Positions 41,373-53,820 of a DNA stretch of 64,000 bases are shown in pieces (within the stretch, counting starts at the first letter, position 1; each line of letters opens with the position of its first letter). The translations under genes were made by a program, and so were the position numbers. A model generated the notes under the pieces. The model was not told the DNA's origin. It did not search any database and saw nothing but the letters and a program-made list of their open reading frames with translations. The stretch is from positions 81,840,001 to 81,904,000 of the forward strand of contig OZ024740.1 in NCBI GenBank assembly GCA_964016885.1, given 5' to 3'. This stretch comes from Eledone cirrhosa. Its lineage: Eukaryota.

Positions 41373-41528
41373 GTAATAAATTGTGTTTCGATACATCACT
41401 GATTGTTCGTTTTCCATATTTTTATATATATTTTATATATATATAAATATATAACCAAATGTTAAACAAGGTTCATTGATTATTCAATGAATATAGTTAA
41501 GCACTCAACAATGAAGTTTTCTGGAGTT

Positions 41529-41855
41529 ATTAATAATATTCAAAATATTAATAAATGGATACATTCACATAATCAAAACATATGTTTTATTATATACATT
41601 TCGGAGGTACTGTGCTGTTTTTTAAGTACGTCTTCATCAGATAAAATACCAAAATTGATGTATGACATACCTCAACTGTGCTGTTGGTTCAATTCCAGTC
41701 TTGGCAGAGACTGGAATTGAACCATCACCACAGTTGAGGTATGACATATATCAATTTATGTATTTTATCTGATGATGACGTACTGAAAAAACAGCACAGT
41801 ACCTCCGAAATATATATAATAAAACATATATTGTGATTATGTGAATGTGTCCAAA
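41529..41855. repeat. fold-back inverted repeat with a hammerhead in each arm (41585-41646 on -, 41763-41824 on +)
   Basis: Centre TTCAATTCCAGTCT..AGACTGGAATTGAA. The + arm reads TTTTAT-CTGATGA-..GTACTG..CAGTAC..-GAAA-TATATAT-A-ATAAAA. Confidence 0.8.
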
Positions 41856-42009
41856 TAAAATATTATAGTTTGCTTGAAGCATTGTATATAGTATATAACG
41901 TTGAAAGAGCGTGAAGGCTAAACAATCCAAATAGACTGTAAAATGAGGATTACGAAAAGTAAAAGTTACCTGGCAATCTTTGTTTTGTTGTTGTTGTTGT
42001 TATTCTTTT

Positions 42010-44600
42010 ATCTGTCCAATATTTCGGGACCTAAAAGTCCCTTCATCAGAGTTTAAGGAGCCTTCAGTGGATAACCTTCCAGCTTACTTTCTTCGGGATA
42101 AAAATTGATTTTGATTAAAAAATTCTTCTTAGTCGTTTTCAAGCGTTTTTCGATGGCTACTGCGATTTCCACACGAATATACTCAATTGCCAATATAGTC
42201 TTTCGCGAAATCAATTTTCTTTTTTGTATGAGATGTTTAGTTTGTGTGCCTGTGAATGTGTCTTCTTATGTCATGTACTCTGTGCTGAGTTCTAATCTAT
42301 TATTTATTTGCGGGTTGAGTCTCCGTGAGAGCAAGGCTTCATTAATTTTTAAGTTGCCCACACTTATATCACTGGCTTTAATGGTAACGGTAAAATGTTG
42401 GTTGATGTTTCTACATTTGTCAATGTGTTTTTTAAATGAGGATGCGCGTGTGTTGAGGTGTTCTTTAATGTGAGTGTTGAGTGCTCGAGTCGTGTTACTA
42501 ATGTAAATCTCCTTACATTTATTGCATTCAATCCGGTATACAAGATGTGTCCGTTGACACATACTTGCATCGCGGATAGGGCAGTTAGACAGCGAGTAAT
42601 GATTGTTGTTGTCTCTGGATTGATTGATTTTTATAGGGGTAGCCACTCAGTGAAGGGCCGGATTGTGTTAACTGTATATCCAGTCCTTTTTGCGGATAGC
42701 TCTGCGGATAGCTCTGCGGATAGCTGAGGTTATGCTTTCAATGAAATGTGGTAATTTCATGCAGCAGGTGTTGAAGGAGGTCTTATGTCTGCGGCGTCTT
42801 CGATTCTTAAGTTGATTCATTGTGGATGTTGGGTATACCTTCGTCTTCAGAACATCTATGAAGTGTGCAGTGTGGGTCCTCCGTCTTGCTACATTTATTT
42901 CAGATATGCGTGAAAGACTGGACCCCATGGGTAGGCCTGTTGTTTGTTTGTATGTGTGGTGGTGGAAGGTGAAATATGTATTTTCTACGATGACGGATAG
43001 AAATTGATGTCTTGTGGAGTGAGGTCAAAGCAGTATATGTTGTATGAAATGATGCACTCAGTCACTAAGTTGAGCGCTGGATGAGCGCGTACTGTCGTGT
43101 AAAGCGAGACAACGTCGGGGCTAAAGGAATATCTTTGAGTTTAAGTTGATTAGATTGTAGTGGACGTAGTTTTAATATGACTCCGTCGGAGCTGTTGACA
43201 TGTCCATGAAAAATAGTAAGCATAGGCTTGAAGATCTGGAAGAGGAACCAGGAGATTTTATAGAGGGGTCCTTCTATACTGGAGTCAATTCGTCTAATCT
43301 GTAGATGAACAATAGTTTTGTGGATTTTAATGAGGTGATGGAGCGTTGTTAGTCTACTGTTTATGATGGTGAGGTCAGTTTTAGATCTGTTTGGGAGTTG
43401 TCTGAATCTGCAGATATTCGTCCAGGCGGTGTTGATGTGATCTTTAATCTGGGATGCAGCTATTTTTGACACTTCTGTATGCAGTTCACCATTTAAGGTT
43501 TTCATATGGCAAGCTGTTGTATGTGTCCCTTGAGAGGACGCAGAATTCTTTCCCTTTTTCGGAAGGGAGTTATACGAGATCCTTCACTAGCATGTTGTTT
43601 AGAATGAGGTGTTCTTTCCTGGAGAGGTTAGGGAGTACCTTCTTATGTTTTAGTAATATGCTAAAAATAGACTCCTTAAGTCTGGAAGGTTTGAGGTCAA
43701 GCTCTCGGTTGGTAGGCGTTGGAGAGAGTGGGTGGTTTAAGTGGTATATAAAAAATATAGTTTTGCTCATTAGCAGTAGTTGTGTTTATTATTGAGAGGC
43801 ACTTGAGTTAATAGGCAGCTCGGCAAAAGCTGGCTTCAAGATTTAGTTATATCCTGTCATCTAGTCGCCGAGTTAATATGAATTTTGGGCCAAGACTGAG
43901 GAGTTTAAGTTTTTCGTGTGATAGCGATCCTGTCAAGTTTGTGACGAGGGTTGTGGTGTTGTTTGAAGTGTCGGTAACTTCAGTGGTGGTAGTTCCTTGA
44001 CTGTCTCTGTTGTTTTAATGTGAAGAATTGTTGTTCCGGTGGTGTTTCTTTCAAAGCCATAGGAATTATTGTTTCAAGCTTTTCTTCTCGAGATTGAGGC
44101 GGTTGTAATAACAGAGATTTAAAGCAGCGGTTGCCTTGGGGAGCACTGACTCTGGGGTTATAATTAGTTTTGGAAGTGTGTCGGTGAATTTTTGTATGTG
44201 TTGCTGGAGTTGGTAGTGTAAGTGCTGTATGATTTTCTTGGTGAAGAATATGCATAAGTATTCTAATGACTGTCTGAGGTTTGGTAAGTGTAAGTTCTTG
44301 ATTGTGACGGGTATTATATTGTTTTTGATGCCACGTTTTAGAAAGCTGATTTGGTAACTGACATATATATATATATATATATATGTGCCTACTGACTGTA
44401 GGTTTCGCTTTGTACTTAGGCAAGGCGGGTCTTCTGTATTACTGTGTACCGCCAAAGATCTCGGTCCAGTGACATTGTCTTGGAGAGGTGTAAGTGTGTG
44501 AGGTCGGAATTTATCAAGTCGTCCCAGTTTTTTCTGGGTTTGCCTACTCCGTGTAGCTTGTCTCCTTCGTTCTACGGTTAGCTATCCTCTTTGTTGTTAT
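42010..44600 (-). pseudogene. decayed Penelope-like element (frameshifted RT + GIY-YIG) with a 3' hammerhead remnant at 42010-42052
   Basis: Fragments GPLYKISWFL..KP, GLPMGSSLS, LVYRIECNKCKEIYISNTTRALNTHIKEH and KINEALL; remnant CTGATGA-A-GGGAC..GTCCC-GAAA. The 5' boundary is approximate. Confidence 0.85.
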
Positions 44601-46767
44601 CTTGACTCACTCGCTTTACGCGTTTTAATTGTCCTAATAACTTAATTTAGTTATTATTGCACCGACGTGAGGTATATGATTTTTAATGCAATGAAATATC
44701 TATGATCGTCGGCAAATCACTGATGAGGGACTTATTTTATTACATGTTATCCATGTGCAACCAGCAGTATTCTTCTCCCCATTTTTTCACATATATATAT
44801 ATATATATACAATGTTCATGATAATGAAAATATGTTTAATCCTTCAAACATTTAATAACTGACGATCGTTTAATCCTAAGCATCCAACGTTCTCTGAGCG
44901 TAATCGTAAACAAACGTCTGAACAATATTACGTAGCTCATAGGACTATCAGAAATGGAATCAATCCTATTTTCGGTGATAGTAAGTTATTTCTGCGGTGA
45001 GTAGCAGATATATCTACAAACAGAAGCACGTCTCTCAGAATTTGCAAAGAGGATTACTAGTGGAAATCTATGCAGGACTTGAAATCCTTCTAGGTAATGA
45101 GGGAAATGAAGCATGAGGAGAGTTAGACAAAATGATATTACCATTTTGACCAAGAATCTGCATATGATTTTAGAGGAGAGAGAGAGAGGGAGAGAGAGGG
45201 AGTGCGGGGGGGGGGGGGGGGGTGAAATAGAGAAAGAGAGCTATTTGTATGCGACGACGATGATGCTATTCTGTCACAATGACATGAAATACCTCTTGAT
45301 AATGCGTGATAATATCCTTCTAGAACAGAAATTACATCAGAACACCCTGATTTAAAATGACCTAAAACTAAATGCTCCCTTAGATGATATAATATTCAGA
45401 TTTTGCTTTGCAAATGTTCAATCATTCAGTTACACAATCGAACTTACATATGTTCACATTATTATTGAACGTGAGGAAAAAGATAAATTTAGTGGGCCGT
45501 CTAAATTTGATAGATGCTGACATATCAGAGCACGAAATAAAACATAGGACACACTGTGTAGAAAACAACAAACCTTTACACGTTGACTTTGTCAACTTGA
45601 TTATAATACCATTGACAAGAGATTTGTAGCGTATAAAGCAATAGGGAAACTTGCCACATTCAGTTAAATATAGTCTGAAACATATATGCAATGTAATTCA
45701 AGTGGAAATAAAGGTACAGCAAGGAATACGTCACGGTGAAACAATGGAAGTATCATTAATCCTCTAGACACTCACTGGCGTACTTAGCGTTCCTGATGCT
45801 TGACAGAACCAGTAAATCTTCAAAATCTACTAGTTCATTGTTTAAAATGAAAATAAGAGGAGGGCCTACTTAAATGCTTATGGGAGAAATGCCTATCTGA
45901 CGGTATGGATTTTGGTGAACCAGGAGTAAACGCTGCATTATGCATAGCAGATGTTATATCACTATGTTTTAGATGAGAATCATTTTAGATGTAGGTGAAG
46001 AATTTGGCAAGGTTGATAAGTTGTATAAAGAATGCCGATATTTTCCTCAAGAAAGGGTGATCATTTTTAAATGGGTTCATCTTACAGAAAGATAATGGAG
46101 CAATATTATAAGAAGGTATCTGCCCAAATGAGAAGTTCACAACAGCTAGCAAAAGGACATAGCGCACCCAAGCTTCTTAAACTATGTCAATGAGTGGATA
46201 CGATATATTGCAGAGACCGAATTATTCCTAATGTTTGCTCAACTTACCGAACTCTTTGCGGTAATTCGCACTTTCAATAGATCAGTCAATCCTGGATTGA
46301 TAGTTTGGCCGTGTGAGCGGCAATTTTTCGAAGAGTTGGTTGAAGGCACTGCATATGATGGTGCAACATGCCAGCGTTGAATATTCAAAGACTACACTGA
46401 AGCCGACACTATATTGCTTGCTAACAACGAAAGATATAACGTGGAAATATTCAGTATATTACACTGTTTAAATGGAAGGCATCGCTGAATAGGTAGCAAT
46501 CATGATGGACAAAATATATACTTGGGTCTTCGTCCTTGATGGCCCTCGACGTAAATGTAAAAAATATAGCTATATAACGCAGGCATGTATATGCATGTTT
46601 CTGTAACTCCTAGCGGAATCGTAGCGCCGCCGAATTGACATACGGCATTTCTAGGGCATTTTGAAACCCAGCGGAATGCATCTTCACTCCTGGTCTGAAT
46701 AAAGTAGGTCTCTGCGAGTGAAGAATAGAGTGCGACAGAATAGAAGTGAGTAAATGAAATAGCAAAA

Positions 46768-46890
46768 AAATCGACCCAGTACTAGACTGGAACATTTTGT
46801 TATTGTCTTTGAATGGACGGAAGGCAAAGTTGACCTCGGCGGGATTTTAACTCAGAGAACAAAGAACGGAAACGAATACCGCCCAGCATT
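46768..46890 (-). mobile_element. SINE family A-related fragment
   Basis: GGCAAAGTTGACCTCGGCGGGATTTTAACTCAG matches the other copies. Confidence 0.7.
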
Positions 46891-46949
46891 CTATCAGACA
46901 TAGCATATTCAAATGACATATAAGTGCATTATCATTCGCAACAACTGGA

Positions 46950-47900
46950 ATTGCAGCGGATATACTAACGAATAGTCGAATAGTTCAGAGCAGTCTGCAC
47001 CACCTAGTGCTTCTTTCTGATATATCAATGTCTTCAATGGGAGTTTCTCGTGCAAAATAAGTATTGTGCATAACCTCCTGCTTGAGTGTAATGTATGAAC
47101 ATCGATTTGTGTAAAAACAACCCGAATCACTAGCATGATGTCTCGTAGGATTTTGGTTAGCAGCAAGATCAGCCTAAAAACAAACAAATTCATAAATAAA
47201 AAGATTTCGAATGTGGTTTAGATACCATTGGTCTTTGTGGATTCTAAAGAATTGTCTGTTATTTCAATCTTTGCTGTCAGTTACAATTAGAAGCGTTGTT
47301 TTGCTGGTGATTTATACTCCCATTTAAGATTTTGAATCTGACGGATTATGTCATCTCGTGTCGCTTTTGACATGTTGACAGCATTTGGTAATAATTTGTT
47401 TTAAGAACAACTCTTTGAACTTATGCTAAATGTCTACCGTGTTGTTGGTTACTAGTAGGTTTAGTAGTCATAATTGTCTATTCAATGACGTTGGTTTTGA
47501 TGGTTTTATTGCAATGTCTTACCGGTGATAGGAGATCTAGGTTTAATTATTACTCGTCCACTGTTAACCTGCGTAGGATCAGACGATTCTGTATTGTGAA
47601 CCAATTTACGCGTAATTTTTGTCTGGTAATTTTAGAAGTATGACTAGCTGGTTTATAGTTCCACAGAATGTTTAGTCATTGTGTAAAACCGAATTGTCTA
47701 CCTCCGTTTGATATAATTTGATTCCTTAATTTTGATCACCAGTGTATATTATCACTATAATTTGATTGGGTCAAAAGACGTATAATTGTTTAGTCTCTTC
47801 ACTGCTATCTGTAATTAACAAATATAACTCTCCATGATATTATGCAAAATCCCGACATGTTTTTCTCATAATGTACAATTGCTCTGCTTGAGCATTATTT
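46950..47900 (-). pseudogene. possible highly decayed PLE relic
   Basis: Only faint peptide echoes (RRLCTILILHEKL resembles the C-x2-C-L-x-EK end of some PLE nucleases); no clear RT motif. Confidence 0.25.
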
Positions 47901-48215
47901 CCTTTCAGATTGACTTGAATTCTACAATTCTATTTAAACATATATATTAGGTGTTATGTACAGGATTGTTCCAAACAGTTACATGGATTATTTATTTATG
48001 TATATAAATATGCAATGATGTAATTATATATATACGTATTTTACAATACATATAATTAGTCTTTCATGACATAGAACGTACCCACATTAAAAAAAGGCTG
48101 GAAACTCAGGTTGTTATGATTTGTTTCTTCAGAATTCGTACACGTTGTTTTCCTCGATCGTATAAATGATAGAAAGATAAATTACGACTGAAAAGTAGGG
48201 GCAAAAACATAAGAA

Positions 48216-48433
<218 letters not shown>

Positions 48434-48613
48434 GAAATTTAGAAAACCACAACCACAAGAAGAGGGTAATGGAAATCGGTTGAACTGCCCATAGAGTTGG
48501 AAAGATTGGCCAGCAAATGATACAGTGGATTAAATGAGTACGTCTCAATACCGGGGTGGGGGGACGTAGCAGTGAGCTACACAACCGCTTAGGTCAATTA
48601 ACGTCTTAAATAA

Positions 48614-48800
48614 CTGTTTCTACTTTAGGCACAAGGCCAGCAATTCACCAGTGCATTACTGGTACTTTTATTTTATCGACCCCGTAAGGATGAAAGGCAA
48701 AGTCAACCTCGGCGGGATTTGAACTCAGATCGTAAAGGGACGTAGCTATGCTGGAAAGCATGGCGTCCGACCCTCTACCGATACTGCCAATCCACCGCCC
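48614..48800 (-). mobile_element. SINE family A, near full length
   Basis: Close match to 822-979. TTAACGTCTTAAATAAC is repeated on both sides, a likely target-site duplication. Confidence 0.88.
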
Positions 48801-49114
48801 TTAACGTCTTAAATAACGCTAAACATTAGCTTTCCAATTTGATAATATTAAAAAAAAATAAACATTGAAACATTGCGTAAGTAGAAATAATTAGCAATGT
48901 AGAAAATATAGAACGCCCGAGAATAGCCACGAAGACAGATTTAGAAAATCGGGGAAAATATCCACTTTTGCCTTGAAGGTCGTATAGTCCACCGATCTCT
49001 ACACTAGTATACATAATAGTAAATTTTGTTCATCTTTATATTTCCGCGATCGAGATTATCCATATTTCTTAAGACACCCACCCACACAGAAATATATATA
49101 TATACATATATAAC

Positions 49115-49210
49115 CGCAGCGGAATTTGAACTCAGAACGTAAAGGGCCATAACTCTATGCCGTTAAGCACGTCGTCCTACAGTCTACAGATAGTGCCAAT
49201 TCACCGCCCT
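49115..49210 (-). mobile_element. SINE family A, 5' (tRNA head) fragment
   Basis: GCGGAATTTGAACTCAGAACGTAAAGGG..TGCCAATTCACCGCC. Confidence 0.75.
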
Positions 49211-49625
49211 ATATATACATATTAAGAACAAAATGGAGTTTTACAAATATATGTGTGTGTGCGTGTGTACACGTGTGTGTATGTGTGTAGGTGTGTGTGT
49301 GTGTGCGCGTGTATGCGTGTGTGTCTGTTCTGTTCTTAAAATGTGTATATATTTTCAAAATTATTTGTGCTATTCGAAAGTTATTTCATTTTGTCCTTTT
49401 CAACGGTTAATCCATTGTACATGCGTTATTTCTCACTAATTCACAGGTAGCGGTAATTAGTTTTCTTTCGTCTGTTTCTATACTATATTGTCACGGACGC
49501 GCCTTTCCTACGGCTGCAGTTTCAAACCGTCGTCCATCATGGAATTAGGAAGATGTTACCACATTAATTTTCGAATTCGTACTTCTAAGAGATAGATGAC
49601 GTCAGAAAACGTTTGTCCCCCGTAA

Positions 49626-49810
49626 CCGTTTATTTTTACTATTGGCACAAGGCCAGCGAATACCCAGCACATTACTGGTACTTTATTTTATCGACCCCGT
49701 AAGGATGAAAGGCAAAGTTAATCTTGGCGGGATTTGAACTCAGAATGGCAAGAGACGTAACTCTATGCGTCAAAGCATGGCGTCCGACCCTCTACCGATA
49801 CTGCCAATCA
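49626..49810 (-). mobile_element. SINE family A
   Basis: CTGGTACTTTATTTTATCGACCCCGTAAGGATGAAAGGC..TTTGAACTCAG..TACCGATACTGCCAATC. Confidence 0.85.
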
Positions 49811-50643
49811 ATAATAATAATAAGTAATACTAATTAATACACTTCCTGCGTAAATTCATAAAATTAAGCAGCCTAACGGTTTAGTAGCAATTTAATAGCG
49901 ATTAATGCAAACCCTAATAATCCTTAATAGATAATTTGAAGATAGGAATGCACAGTATAATATACTTACTATAACAACATGGCCAGTAATTCGGTGGAAT
50001 TTACCTTTACCAAACACAGACCTATTAACTATAAACAACTCAAAACAATTACATCGCAAACTAAAAGAATTCCATGGTTAATAAATATGAGTTACAACCA
50101 ACATCTACATCTATATACGACCTACAATATAAAAACACTTGAGTGAAAATTACCTACCCAATTCAACCACGAGCTTTGCATTACACCTCACATAACATAT
50201 ACCTATTTTTCACCACGTCTTTCACTACCATCTATCACGTCATTTTAAACATCTCTAACACTTATAACATGCTTTATCATTCTACACGAAATATGCTTAT
50301 TTCAGCTGTAATATAACTCTTTCCTCATACATGCCTTATTGATTGTATTGACTCCTGTCGTTGTATACCCCTAGCAACACCTGATCTCCAATGCTAGCAT
50401 ATCTTATATCTTATATCTTCTATCCTTTCTTTCACTTTTCCTTGCTTGTAACTTTTTTGCCTGTATTTTTGCTTGTACATCTTACACTTTCAACCAGTGC
50501 TCCTTGTAATTGTGTTATCTCAAGCATAACATCTTTTAAACTACTGATTCTATACATGATGTCTATGACACGAACAACACTTATGTATCTACTTAAATGT
50601 TCTGAATGACTAGGATCTTAATCACCTATTTAGACATTCCCTA

Positions 50644-50689
50644 TGCTCCGATGAAGCCAGATTCCCCCTGGAAGAAACAATTGTAGGCA
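50644..50689 (+). pseudogene. degenerate minimal hammerhead
   Basis: TGCT-CCGATGA-AGCCAG..CTGGAA-GAAA-CAATTG-TA-GGCA; U4>C. Confidence 0.55.
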
Positions 50690-50734
50690 AATAAATGTAT
50701 TTTAAGATTTGATTGTTTTAACATTTTGTATATA

Positions 50735-51096
50735 TATATTTATGTAATAAACAACATAAGATAATTATTTCATTTACCACTGCATTCTTGAAAGCAAACG
50801 AAATTTGCTTTCAGTCATCAGAATGAAAAAAATCCTCATTTTTATTTCTTATTTTTTTTTTTTATTTTGATGTGACGGCCTTTTGCATCATATAGTTGTC
50901 CATTGTTTTTTATTTTTATTTTTATTTATTTTTTCTTATTATTTTTCTTATAATTAATTGTGTGTGTGCGTATGTAGGTGTGTGTACATATATCTATATA
51001 TATATGTGTGCGTATGTATACGTGTATATATGTGTGTATGTGTGTGTATATGTACATGTGTATATATGTATGATTATATGTGTATATATATATTTA

Positions 51097-51145
<49 letters not shown>

Positions 51146-51261
51146 TACACACATATATACACACACACACACATATGTATGTATGTATGTATATATATAT
51201 ATATGTATGTGTGTGCATGTGTATATATGTGTGTATGTATATATATATGTGTATATATGTA

Positions 51262-51306
<45 letters not shown>

Positions 51307-51580
51307 ATGCATATGTGTGTGTGTGTGTGTGTGTGTGCGTGTGCCTGTGTGTGTGTGTGTGTGTGTGTGCATGTGTATTTATCTACTTTCATATTTATTC
51401 TGTTCCTTTTCCTTCTTCCTTTTCCAGCCTCACTTTCATATAGATTATATTTTTGGTTTTAAAAATCCACTGTCAACAAATACACCAGGATTTTTTCATT
51501 TTGATGACTGAAGGCAAATTTCATTTGCTTTCAAGAAACCACTGGTAAATGAAATAATTATCTTATGTTATTTATTACAT
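50735..51580. repeat. inverted repeat pair with hammerhead variants (50768-50828 on -, 51494-51554 on +) around a microsatellite block
   Basis: The + copy reads TTTCATT-TTGATGA-CTGAAGGCAAA..TTTGCTTTCAA-GAAA-CCACTGGT-A-AATGAAA. The - copy has CTGATGA but GAAT. Confidence 0.75.
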
Positions 51581-51654
51581 AACTATTAAGCTCTGTAACC
51601 TACATAGAGCACTCTTATTTCCTGGACTTTTCCGACGGAATTACGTCATATATA

Positions 51655-52384
51655 TATATAATGAGGTAAATATAACTTTGAGTACTAAGTACCCATAGAG
51701 ATATATAGGGTGTCTATAATATAATTGTTGTTCTATGGTACTAATTTGAGATACCAGAACTATAAAAATTGAGATGAGCAGAACAAACAAACATTATACA
51801 ATAAGTTAAACAATGATTTAAATATCTACCTGTTCAAATGCTATTACCGGCGGTTTCGCTTTACAAAAGATAATACATTCAGGGAATTTCTAACGGAGTT
51901 CTTCTCATCTCAATTTTTATAGTTCTAATATTCTAGTACCATAGGACAACAATTATATTATAGCCACCCTATATATCTCTATGGGTACTTAGTACTAAGA
52001 GAGATATTTACCTCATTTAATATATTCTCCAATCTATGTAGAAAGAAAATTCGTTGTTGCTTACTGCTATTTGTTTAGCAGCAACGCCAGCAACACGTCT
52101 GTAATATTCCCGCTTTCACTAGCCGCCAGTTCACGTGTGGGTCACTTAACGTCCATAACTCATAACGAGCTGGTAGTTGGCATTATATTTGCAGGCTGTG
52201 GAACTTAGTCCTATAGGGTGGAAATAGCTATCTGATGAACTTTACTTTTCCGTTAGAAATTCTCTGAATTTCTAATCTTTTGTAAATCGAACCGCCGGTA
52301 ATAACCTTTGAACAGGTAGATATTTAAATCATTTTTCAACTTATTTTTAGGTTTGTTTAATGTTTGTTTGTTCTGCTCATCTCA

Positions 52385-52390
<6 letters not shown>
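51655..52390. repeat. nested inverted duplications, including a long-loop hammerhead remnant at 52227-52305
   Basis: ~51660-51775 is inverted at ~51903-52020, and ~51765-51897 is inverted at ~52249-52388. The remnant reads GCTAT-CTGATGA-ACTTTAC..GTAAATC-GAA-CCGCCGGT-A-ATAAC. Confidence 0.7.
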
Positions 52391-52434
<44 letters not shown>

Positions 52435-53146
52435 CTGTGTTGTTGTGTGTTTTAAGAAGATATACATATATATATATATATATATGCTTTCGGATTGACT
52501 CAATTCTTTTCTCTCTCTGTCCCCCCCCCCTTCTCTCTCTTCCTCCCTATCCATTTGCTTGTTTTCGGGCCCGGTAGCACGTGCGTCGTAAAACCGTTTT
52601 GGATTAACTCGCTATCCCTCTTACTCACTCCGTCTACCCTCTATCCCCTCTCACTTCCGGTTTCTCCCTCTATCTCTCTCTCTACACTCACTTTACTGAG
52701 AATCGCCACGGAGAAACCTAGCTACTCTGTTATTATGGCCACTGAGCTTATATCCATCGGCTTCGTATAACTTGATCAATTGTCTCTTCAGTTACTTACA
52801 TACATGTGTCATTGTCCTGTGTTCCCCCTTCTATCGGTATGTTTACTTCGTTTTTCGTTCTTTTCTTCTTCCGTTTTTCTTTCTTCCTCTCTCTTCACTA
52901 TCACTATCATGGCCTTTTGATATATAAAAGGCCATGGGCGCGCTACGGATCGATGTTCTATTTTAAGCGCCGAAACATCCAAGAACCGTAGTAGACAGCT
53001 GACGAAGGTAAACTTTTCTCCTCTTCTGTGTGTCCCGATTACCTTCTAACACTTCGTTTTTAGTAACCAAACAGCCTCACCTCCTAACGCGTATTTTTGT
53101 ATATATATATTCAAATAAACATTTGAACGCCCAGTAGGATCTAATG

Positions 53147-53436
53147 CAGTCATGGGTAACCTCAGGCCCGCGGAGCTTTCTGAATGGCTCACCTAAGTCA
53201 CCTAAGTGAAATCTTTCTTATTTTTGTACACCAAAATTTCAGTCGTAATTTATCTTTCTATCATTTTTACGATCAAGGAAAAACGACGTGTACGAATTCT
53301 GAAGAAACATATCAAAACAACCTGAGTTACCGCCCTTTTTTAATGTGGGCACGAATGTACATCAGCGCTTGCGGCCTCCCTGATGATATAGCCATATGCA
53401 TGTGGCCCGCTCTCGAAAATGGTTGCTCATGCATTG
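53147..53436. mobile_element. hAT-like MITE
   Basis: Imperfect TIRs CAGTCATGGGTAACC / GGTTGCTCATGCATTG, subterminal GGCCCGC motifs, and TCTAATG duplicated on both flanks. Confidence 0.6.
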
Positions 53437-53671
53437 TCTAATGCTAAGAAAACTTACGTACTATATTATGAAATACTACTCACAGAATTCGAATTTTGCT
53501 AAGGATATGTTAGAAAAAACTAGAAATAAGAGGGATAATGGATAAGGATTCCGTATTTCATTGTGGAGTCGTAGAGGCAGTGTCATATCCCGTGTGTAGG
53601 GCACATTAAAACCTGTCGGACCCCAAACCTTTCCAGTTCTGAACGCAGCCAATTTTTTCTATGTAGGAAGC

Positions 53672-53820
53672 ATCGACCCCAGTACTGGACTGGTACTTTT
53701 ATTTATCGACCTCGAAAGGATAAAAGACAAAGTTGACCTCGTTAGGATTTGTGCTCAGAGCGCGCAATGATGTCGGGTGAATACCGAAAAGCATTCGTAA
53801 CAACTTTGCCAATTCTACAG
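53672..53820 (-). mobile_element. SINE family A-related copy
   Basis: ATCGACCCCAGTACTGGACTGGTACTTTTATTTATCGACCTCGAAAGGATAAAAGAC. Confidence 0.75.

Noticed and set aside
44720-44760. Isolated CTGATGA upstream of the decayed PLE
   Set aside because: No matching GAAA or stem II nearby.
44800-46760. Host protein-coding exons (also 62500-64000)
   Set aside because: Only short ORFs with no recognisable motif; small exons cannot be excluded without transcript data.
52999-53060. CTGACGA followed by an AGGTAA..TTACCT stem as a hammerhead
   Set aside because: GAAA and stems I and III are missing; at best an unscorable relic.
53380-53425. CTGATGA...GAAA as a hammerhead
   Set aside because: Stems I and III do not form, and it lies inside the end of a hAT-like MITE.
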